Source: the human T2T-CHM13v2.0 reference genome, Homo sapiens
Length of the DNA stretch: 64,000 bases
Assembly: GCF_009914755.1 (NCBI RefSeq)
Contig: NC_060925.1
Direction: 5' to 3' (one strand)
Positions 53,512 to 64,000 of the stretch are shown one piece after another; position 1 is the stretch's first letter; each line of letters opens with the position of its first letter. Made by a program: the position numbers and the translations under genes. Below the pieces are notes generated by a model. It was not told the DNA's origin. It searched no databases and saw nothing but the letters and a program-made list of their open reading frames with translations.

Positions 53512-56500
53512 CTAAAATTATTTACCTTTTCAAGGAATAAGAGTGTTGGGAGTTAATGGTGTGTCTGGTGGTTGCAATAAGTCAAAAACTGCTGCAGGCT
53601 GGGAGCGGTGGCTCACACCTAGCACTTTCGGAGGCTGAGGCGGGTGGGTCACCTGAGGCCAGTGTTGTAGGAAAAAAAGCCAGGTTCTTGTCACACGACC
53701 AGGAAAAGTTAGGCACACAGACACTTTGAAGGGGAGAGGGAATGGAATTTATTGTGTGAAAAGGAAGAAAACCTCTCAGAAAAGTGAGAGAAGTTCCTGT
53801 TAACGGGGCCCCATTTCACAGTTTGAATCCCAGGTTCTACCCAGGAACAGAAGGGGCCAGCCTCCCCCAGTGCAAACAGCGCAAATTTCCCGAGACTCCA
53901 CCCCATCCCTCCATCACGCAGGCCGGTGGGAGATTCTCTGGGGATATTCACCGTTATTTTCCTCCTGCAGCTATCATTCCTCCCTCTGAAGAAGTACATG
54001 TCACTGCCATCAGAGTAAGGATAAGGATGAAGATCAATCTTAACTGCTTCCTGCTGACAGGGGGCACTGTTTTGAGGAAATGGTAGTCAGAGCTCCCTCA
54101 GAGGCCTATGTAAGGGTCCTTGGCAGAAGGGGCCAGCATCCAAGGCTTCAACTGCATGACCATTTGGAGTGGGATGGCCTGAAGGCAAGAAGAGACAAAC
54201 CGGGTTATTAGAAAACATGTATCAAAACGAAATAAGGTTTGGGCTGGGGGCGGGTAACGACAACTCAAAAATCCCAAGGCCTTTTACCAGTTTGCACAGG
54301 GAAAGAGAAGCCAAAGGCCCGTTTGGGAGCATGTCAGGTTTCTGGGTTTTCTTCCACTGAGCCCAATCCTAAGGCAACCAGTTTAAGGTTTGGGAAGTTA
54401 ACTGTTTCTAGTTTAGAGGATGCATCTGAGGGGAGTGTCCTGTAGTACGGAGACACAATTACTTATCAGTAAAGAGGGGACAGAAGAGGAGGAAGGAAAA
54501 AAAAACACTCATTTTCAAAGGAGTCCCAGGGGTTCAGGATGCATTTGAAAGCAGTTACAGACTGAAGATGAATGGCTACTCCTCTAGAAAGAGTGCAGCA
54601 GGTGACCCTGGTTTCTTTCTCTTTCTAGCAAAAACTTGGGGTATGTGAGGGAGGGAAAGTGAGGCCTTCCTCTTTCTTTGTTCTGACCTTGTATCCCTGA
54701 GTCCTAGTGACTGCGACAGGGCGCCACACATAAGCGTTAAAGCAGCTTTCACCATATTAACAGGGGGCCTAGTAGGTGGGAGGATCTGCTCTTACCCACA
54801 TATGCCCAATATCCTCTGCAGTCAATAGCCTTGAATTCCCTAGACTTCATTTATGGATAAGTGTGATACTAGTGTGAGCTTTATCCATGAAATGGGAAGC
54901 TTGGCTTAATTGGCAGCAATCAGCCATGTTCACCTGTGTTGTGCGTTTTAATTTCTGTTATTATCTGCCTCTGGATCCCTCAGATACAGTTTTCTTTCCT
55001 AGAGCTTTGACTTGAAGCTTGACATTGAGTTTCAGACAAAAATTTGTCTCAGGGGGTTTGCGTGGACTCCTTATCGTAATCCAAATGCTAAGGTGAGCTG
55101 TGGAATTGAGTCCTCCTCTAACAAGGGAGAAAAAAGGGTGTCTTGTGACATGGCCAGATAACTGGTGGCTATAGTTGTGCTTTCTAAGATTTGGGTGTGT
55201 GGTGCTTGGCTTTGGTTAACACTCCTGGTCTTACTTTCCCAAAAAAAAAAAAAAACCTCCAGGGATGGGCATCCTATTTATTCCCATCACCTGATAGGAT
55301 TTGCAGGACAATTGTTTAGAACTAGAATATTGATCCATATTTCTACATTACCCATCCCTTTTGTTCTTTCTGAGCTACAGCCAGAGATTGCTGGTTGGTT
55401 TACAGAACCAGGTAGGGTTAGTCTAAAATGCAGGCAAAAACTTAAAAATAACTAATGAGTTTAGAATTTAATGACAGATGTAAGTTTTGAAACATAATTT
55501 CTATCTCTCAGGTCCTCATTTTTGTTAAAAAAAATGAGAAGACTGTGTTGTTTGCAAAATAAATTTAGGCTTATACTTGGCCTGATTATTTGCATAAAGT
55601 GCAGCAAGAATAACTATTTCTACATAGGCCTTTTAGACTGGCTTTGATGAAACTCTGTTCCACAAGGAATCTCAGATAAGACCTTTTAAGCTGAGCCCAG
55701 CCATGGGTTTACAAGACCTTTGAAGCCAAGGCCAGCCATGGGTTTGTATCCTCAAATACCTGTGAGTTGGATGATCCTCTCCTCTAAAGGTCCCAAAATA
55801 AACGTGGAGCTCCTGGGCCTGTTAGAAAGTGACATGCTTTACTAACTACAGGCCAGGAACCCTGTACAGGGACTGTGTAGACAAGGGTATGAGGCCAGTT
55901 TTCTCAAGGGCCTTTTATTGGCTCTGCAAGTTGAGCTTGACTCCTTAAAGGGAAGCATACCCTTCTAGTCAAAGCCTTGGTAAAACAACCAGTTTCTCTA
56001 AATTGAGTTTTTCTCTAAAAAGAGAAAAACCAGTTTCTCTTGCAAAAGAAAATGGATTCTTAATTGCATTGATGCAAACAACTATATTGCCATAAATTGA
56101 GAATACTCACGATAGTTTCCAAATTCTACAGGAACCAGGCAAAGAGAAACAAACATACTCCAAATTTTGTCCACAGGAGTATAACTTACTCAATTATTAA
56201 AGGCCATAAATAGTTCAAAATAAGTTTCCTTGACTCTGAAAAACAAAACAAGGATTAGCAATATTCCAAGCAAAAGTTAAAAAGATTGGTTCAGCATTCT
56301 GAATTCAGTCTGTCATTTAGTTAACTCCTTGTTTTGCTTGATACTTGTCAAGATTTTAGCTCTTCATGAGTCCTGTACATTTTTCTTTTATTCCATTGTC
56401 ACAATCTCCTAAGTTATCAGAAACCTGTATTTGAGAGCACCTGTCCAAGTCCTATAGCTTACTATAAACCATCTTTTGAAAAGGATTAAAACAAGACAAT

Positions 56501-57858
56501 GATCTTCTGTGAATAACAAAATGTCCAGGGTAGTTACAGTTGGAAACACAATTGAAAAGGAAGTTTGGTTATCTCTGCAGTTTACAATAAATTAACATAA
56601 CCTTAATCATGGTTAATAGCATATATTTTAGACATTAGAATTTTAGAAATCCCATACAATTTTGGAACTTACGTTAGTATCATTCACCAAAATTTAACCT
56701 AAAGATAATTGAACACCATTTTGGCAATCCCATGTACCAAACATGTCAAATAATCCTGTTTACCTCTTTTGGATACTCCAGGGGCCCTCTGAAGCATCCA
56801 AAAGCCAGGGGTGAGGAAAGACAATTTTGAAACTGAGGTTTGATTTTGGGAAGCCTGTTAAGTGTTAGAGATTTAAAATACTTGATGTTAGGAAATAGAA
56901 TTCCAGATTATCATAAATTATTTATTTTGCCAAAATGATGACTCAGAAATTTATAAAAAGCAAAAACTTTCTATAACCCTTTAAAAATTTTGCTAGCACA
57001 GATTCGTGCCTTAAGAGTACCTTATTGTGCCTTTATTTCAATGTTCAATTTACAGAAAAGCCATATAATACCTTTTCGAATTTAGTCCATATGTTCACAC
57101 ACAGAATTTTTGCAAGATTAATTTTGACAGTCTTGCCACCACTTATTCAAATTTTTAGCTTTATTCTATCTAATTCGAAACAAGGCTTTAACCCTAGGCA
57201 AGAATTTACATTTCCATGCCTTCTTATAGTCTTACACTAAAACACGTTTTACTGTTCCTGCACACCTAGCATATAAATTTATTTCCAGTAGTTTCAATTA
57301 CATGTTATAATGGTAACTCCTAGCAATTTTTAACTTTAATGTAAAACTTGGCAAGTTGTTTTGATTGTGTGCCAGGTGCAGCGAAGGTTTTACTCCTTCC
57401 AGCATAATTAATTGTGTGATTAGTTCTGTATGTCCTCAGGCCTTACCAAATGTGGAGAAGGCAAGTCAAACAGTTGTCAAAATCCAAAAAGCAGCTTATA
57501 ACCTTAAAACATTTAGCAAACCCGGCACCTGACCTGCATAATTTAGCCAATCTATTTATATTTTGACAACATCTGCTTTTAGCCAGTAATCTTTAATACT
57601 GTTTTTATTTCTCAAAGATTAAAGTCACATGAACTGAAAGGTACCACAGCTTTTTATCTTCCCTTTAAAAAATATTTGATCTAAGCGCTTATCTTCCTTT
57701 AGGTCAATTAGAGGTCTTTTTATAGTCATCACACACAACACATATATAGCTACAGAGACAGGCAGAAGAAAACCCAGTCACCATAAGATCTTTCATTTGC
57801 CAATCTCCTAATTGGATTATTGGCCTCTGGGTGGAGCCCTTTAAGAAACAGGGCTGGC

Positions 57859-58169
<311 letters not shown>

Positions 58170-58180
58170 GAAACAGGGCT

Positions 58181-58516
<336 letters not shown>

Positions 58517-60244
58517 CTAATAAACAGCCATAAATGGGGCAAAAAACAGATTTTGAGAGGTATCTATCCACTTTTAATTTCTGGGCTTCCGTGAGGAAAA
58601 CAGAGGTCTCTCTTCTCTCATGTAGGCACTGAGAGTGGCAAGGCCAAATGGAGAAAAATAATTCAGTCGACTGAGAAAAAAACCTCTTTCTAGCAAAACA
58701 AGATCCAAGAAAAGAAAAACGTAAAGGCCTTTTAAATATACTTATGACTTATATCCACTTATAATTAACCTGGGTGCTCTTTAAGAAAATCTTTTTAACT
58801 CTCTTATAACCTTAATTTAGCCACGCCAGGGGGCCAATATTTCTGGCTTTCAAACTTCATTAAAGGCTCAGAGAAAGGAAAATTCAAGGCTGTTTGTGGA
58901 GGGGAAGAGAACAGAGAGCAAAGGTTGCGTAGATACCAAACCAGAAAGGACTCATTCCCTACACCAGGATTGAACCCCAGGCCACCATTGTAAAATGGCG
59001 GAGGCCAAAACAAAACCATTGTCACGTGGTTGCAGGCCACACTCCCAAAGATGTGAAACAAGATGGAGGCCTGCCACAGAGTTTGCTGCGGACTATACAG
59101 AAAGACATGGAAAGCACACCAGATTGGCTACAACTCAAGACCAACCTCATAAATCCTTTTTCATAATTAAAACTTTACAGAGAATATAAACAGTGATCTC
59201 TATTATTTTTGGCACATCAAAATGTCTTCCAAAAGGGAAAAAAAAACTCACTTAAAAGTCAACTGCTGACAGGGTAGGGAAAAGAAAAAAGATGCCTGGG
59301 GAAGAACGTTTTATTCTTTTGCAAATGAGTTCCTCCACCAGGGAGAGTAACTTAATTGCTGTCCGATGGAGTGGGACCCCTTGGCTGGGGGAGGGGAAGG
59401 CTCTGTGGCTGTGTGGCAGGGAGCTGGCCAGCCTGCCTTTGGGCACCCTTGGGCCATGCATTCCAGCCCTGGCCAGGAGGGGAGCAGGAGAGCCACCATT
59501 CACTGATCTATCCCACGTGCACCTGCAGCTGTTGTGGTGGGGTGGGGTACAGTTTTCTCTATCCTCAGAAGAGGTATGAGGACAAAAAGGCTTAGAAGCA
59601 AAAGAAAAAAATGATCTTTTGGTTTGCGTGATACTCACCCTCCCTCACGCCCTATGTCTGGATGCCAAAAATATCATAGAAAAAAAAAACTGCGTTCTTG
59701 TCACACGACCAGGAAAAGTTAGACACGCAGACGCTTTTAAGGGTGAGGGAGAATGGAATTTATTGGGTGAAAAGGAAGATAAACTCTCAGCAAAGTGAGA
59801 GAGGTTCCTGTTAACAGGCCCCCATCTCACAGATTGAGAAGGAACCACGCTCCTCCCCCTGCAAATGGCAGGAACTTCCCAAGGCTCCACCCCATCCACC
59901 CAGTGGGCAGGCCAGTGGAAGATTCTCCAGGCCCCCTTATCTTCCTTCTGTATCTCAGGAGTTTGAGGCCAGCCTGGCCAACATAGTGAAATCCCGTCAT
60001 TACTAAAAATACAAAAATTAATAGGGCATGGTGGCACATGACTGTAATCCCAGCTACTCAGGGTGCTGAGGCATGAGAATAGTTTGAACCTGGGAGGTGG
60101 AGGTTGCAGTGAGCCAGTGAGCTGAGATCATGCCACTGCATTCCAGCCTGGGTGACAGAGTGAGACTCTGTCTCAAAAACAAAAACAACCAACAAGACAC
60201 TGCTGTACAAGTGAACTGAGATATCTAGTACAAAATAAGCTTTG

Positions 60245-60540
60245 GGCCAGGTGCAGTGGCTCACACCTGTAATCCCAGCACTTTGGGAAGCTGAGGCAGG
60301 TGGATCACCAGAGATCAGGAGTTCGAGACCAGCTTAGCCAACAGGGTGAAAACCCGTCTCTAGCAAAAAATACAAAAATTAGCTGGGTATGGTGGCATTC
60401 ATCTGTAATCCTAGTTAGGAGGCTGAGGTGGGAGAATCGCTTGAACTGGGGAGGTGGAGGTTGCAGTGAGCCAAGGTTGTGCCACTGTACTCAGCCTGGG
60501 TGACAAAGTGAGACCCTGTCTCAGAAAAAAAAAAGAAAAA
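60245..60540 (+). mobile_element. AluS-type SINE
   Basis: Full diverged dimer with an A tail. Confidence 0.9.
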
Positions 60541-61013
60541 AGCAAGCAAGCTTGTTTATCCTAAGAAAGACTTTTTAATAAGAGGGTTTGCCTTTGGTTA
60601 AAAGCTATCTTAAAAATTAGATCTTTTAGTTTATTTGTACAGTCATAGGTTAGATCTGATACTGGTAAGACTGATCTGGGGCTGAAGTCTCCTGTATCTT
60701 ATGAATATCTTATGATTCTGTGAGTGAATTCTGTGTGAATGCTGATATATGTAGATGTCAAAAAAAGAGCCAAACTCTGTAAAACATTTGAAGAGATATA
60801 TTCTGAGCCAAATATTAGTGGCCATGGCCCAAGGCACAGTCTCAAGAGGTCCTGGGACATGTGCCCACGGTGGTTGGGTTACAGCTTGGTTTTATACCTT
60901 TTAGGAAGACATAAGACATTAATCATTGATACATGGTTTGGTCCAGAATTGCAGAACAATTTGAAGTGGAGGCTTACAGGTCATAGGTAGATTTAAAGAT
61001 TTTCTGATTGGCA

Positions 61014-61330
61014 ACTAGGCACGGTGGCTCATGCCTGTAATCCCAATACTTTGGGAGGCCGAGGTGGGCAGATCCCTTGAGACCAGGAGTTTGAGACTAG
61101 CCTGGCCAACCTGGTGAAACCTGATCTTTACTAAAAATACAAAAATTAGCCCAGCATGGCACATGCCTGTAATTCCAGCTACTCTGGAGACTAAGGCATG
61201 AAAATCACTTGAAACCTGGGAGGCAGAGGTTACAGTGGGCCAAGATGGCACCACTGCACTCCAGCCTGGGCAACACAGCAAGACTGTCTCAAAAAAATAA
61301 CCAAAAAAACACAAACACGCAAAACCAAAA
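61014..61330 (+). mobile_element. AluJb/S SINE nested in MER4E
   Basis: Dimer; TSD ATTTTCTGATTG[G/T]CAA. Confidence 0.9.
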
Positions 61331-61828
61331 AATTTTCTGATTGTCAATTGGTTGAAACAATTAAGTTATGATCTGAAAGCCTGGAATCAACAGAAAGAAG
61401 TGTCTGTGTTAAGAGAAAGGGTTGTGGAGACCAAAGTACTTATTATGTAGATCAAATGTCAGAACTGGCCACTCTTAGAGATAATAAGTGGCAAATATTT
61501 CCTATTCAGACCTGTAAAAAGTGCTAGACTCTCAATCTCTTCAGGATTGGGAGGGTCTGGAAGGGAAAATATTTCATTGTGTTAATAGATTCTTTACAGG
61601 ATGCAAATCTCCCCCCAACAAAAGACAACTCCACAGAATCATTTCAAAATATGGCAAAGAAACATATTTTGTGTTAAAATATTTTGATTTCTTCTTTATC
61701 CGTCATGTGATGTTATGCCAGAGTCAGGTTGGAAAGTATTATATAGGGTTAAATGCAACCCATCTGGCAAGATTTTATGGTGTGTAGAGCATGACTCCCA
61801 GGCCGCTTAGATAGAAATTTGGGCAAAA

Positions 61829-62165
<337 letters not shown>

Positions 62166-63024
62166 TTAGTTCTCATAGAGATGGGACATTTTTCTGGAAA
62201 ATGAACTTTTCTTAGCTCCAAAGTTCCCACTTAATTCTGCCTAGGAAGATTTGGTTTCTTTGGTTTAGAAGTACATCCCGTTTTGGGGTAATTACTCACT
62301 CCATCCAAGCTTTAAACTTAAAGTTCAGATTCTCTATCAGTTCTGTTGTGTATTGCCTGTCTCCTAGGACGGCATCTGTGTACAGCAGGGTTCACGTCCT
62401 GGTGCTGTCCTCTGGGTCCTACCAGCTTTGATCTGCATAAACTCTTGATCTTTGTAAGGTGATCTCTAGTCCTTCCGCACCTGCTGCAGATCTCCTTGGT
62501 CCCACCTAGTCTTCCAGAGGGGACAGTGCGCCTATTGCTGATATCATTTTTTCTCTGTCAGGTGTGGGACCACAAAGCCTGCACACTCTGCAGCATTCTC
62601 TTGCCGGCCTCAGGCCTCTTCCAATCCACCAATACCCTCTACATTCCTTCGACCCTCACTAGACTTGCGGAAACACCTGCCTCTCTCCTCATTCAGGCAG
62701 GCCAGAGAGGTACTATTTTGAGCTTTTTTTCTCTGCAGCCTACCAACTACCAATTCTAAGTCACTGTCCCAACCTGTCATAAGTATGGGGAAGCTTTTGA
62801 GATGGTTTCCTTCCGATAGTTCCAAACAAAAAATAAAAAACAAGCCCTATCAATTCTTTAATCTATCATCTGCTGCCCCATCCCTCATACACACACCTAC
62901 ACATATACACAAGGGCCAGGGTGGCTGAGGCACTGGGTCCCTACTCAGTCTACCATCTGCTCCTTAGCTTCAAATAGCTCCTGCATCCTTGTGCAGGTCA
63001 GAAAAAGTTTCCATGCCTTCCTTT

Positions 63025-63703
63025 TGTCAGAGGTGTTTGAACCAGAGCGACTCCATCTTGAATAGGGGCTGGGTAAAATAAGGCTGAGACCTACTGGGCT
63101 GCATTCTAAGTCACAAGATGAGGGACAAGGTCAACACAAGAGTGTGTTCCCCTCACTTATGACAGGTTGGGACAGTGACCTAGAATTGGCAACAGGGTAG
63201 GTAAAACAGCATGTGGTAAAGAAGTCAGCGAAAACCTACCAAGATGATGAACGTGACCTCTGGTCGTCTTCACTGCTCTGGTCGTCTTCACTTCGTGACC
63301 TCTGGTGGTCTTCACTGCTCATTATGTGCTAATTATATTGCATTAGCATGCTAAAAAACACTCCCACCAGAGCCATGACAGCTTGCCAATGCCATGGTCA
63401 ACGTCAGGAAGTTACCCTATATGGTCTAAGAAAGGGAGAACTCTTGGTTCCGGAAATTGCCCACCCCTTTCCCAGAAAACTCATGAAAAATCCACCTGTT
63501 GTTTAGCATATAATCAGGAAATAACCATAAAATAGACAACCGGCAGTCCTGAGGGCCTGTGGAGTAGCCATTCCTTATTCCTTCACTTTATTAATAAATA
63601 AACTTGCTTTCACTTTACTCTATGGACTCACCTCAAATTCTTTCTTGTGTGGGATCCAAGAACCCTCTCTTGAGGTCCTGATTGAGACCCCTTTCCGGTA
63701 ACA
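63025..63703 (+). mobile_element. MER41B-type ERV1 solo LTR
   Basis: TGTCAGAGGTGTTTGAACCAGAGCGACTCCATCTTGAATAGGGGCTGGG...CCCCTTTCCGGTAACA; tandem GAS region at 63448-63477. Confidence 0.9.
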
Positions 63704-64000
63704 TTTTGAGCCAGGGAAATGTTCGAACATGATATCTTCATCTTTCCTACCTATGTTTAGTTTATAAACCTAGATTCCAGGAAGTTTTGGCTCACTGGGA
63801 CTTGAAAATCTCTTTTTCTCTCAAAAAAGTCTAGCTCTAGCTTTTTGCAACTATTGTCTCTGAAAAGGGCTTCAAGAGTGCTTTGAATGCCAAAAGGGGG
63901 CCATTTAATTCCCTTGCTCTTGTTTAGATTTTATCTTCTTTTAAAGCAAGGAGCATAACTCAGCCTTAATGTCTGGACAGCCTCAGGGCAGCAAAAATGC

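Overview
Human genomic DNA: it is dense in Alu, L1, L2, MIR and ERV elements, and it contains a human-specific AluYb9. The first ~0.97 kb looks like the 3' UTR of a + strand gene, which I recognise from memory as KCNK1 (TWIK-1, 1q42.2); this needs BLAT confirmation. The rest is repeat-rich intergenic sequence with no credible protein-coding exon. The main element is a two-LTR HERV-H provirus on the - strand (11889-17646). It has a perfect 5-bp ATTAC target-site duplication (TSD), 434-bp LTR7s differing at 10 positions, an intact tRNA-His primer-binding site (PBS) and decayed gag/pro/pol/env. Its 5' leader is rearranged: the 118-nt segment between the PBS and the major splice donor is inverted, the donor and downstream leader are missing, and the leader tandem repeats are present in several copies. 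RNA from this locus would therefore carry a tract antisense to the shared first exon of other HERV-H transcripts. Other observations: a 56-bp near-perfect hairpin and a 22-bp templated insertion in one MLT1 LTR; an inverted templated insertion in a MER41B LTR; an unexplained ~180-bp diverged duplication bracketing the HERV-H; an LTR12 and a ~6.3-kb MER61-type provirus each nested in an Alu; and an AluYb9 inserted at the TSD of an older AluY. Repeat subfamily names come from remembered consensus sequences, and the boundaries of old elements are approximate.
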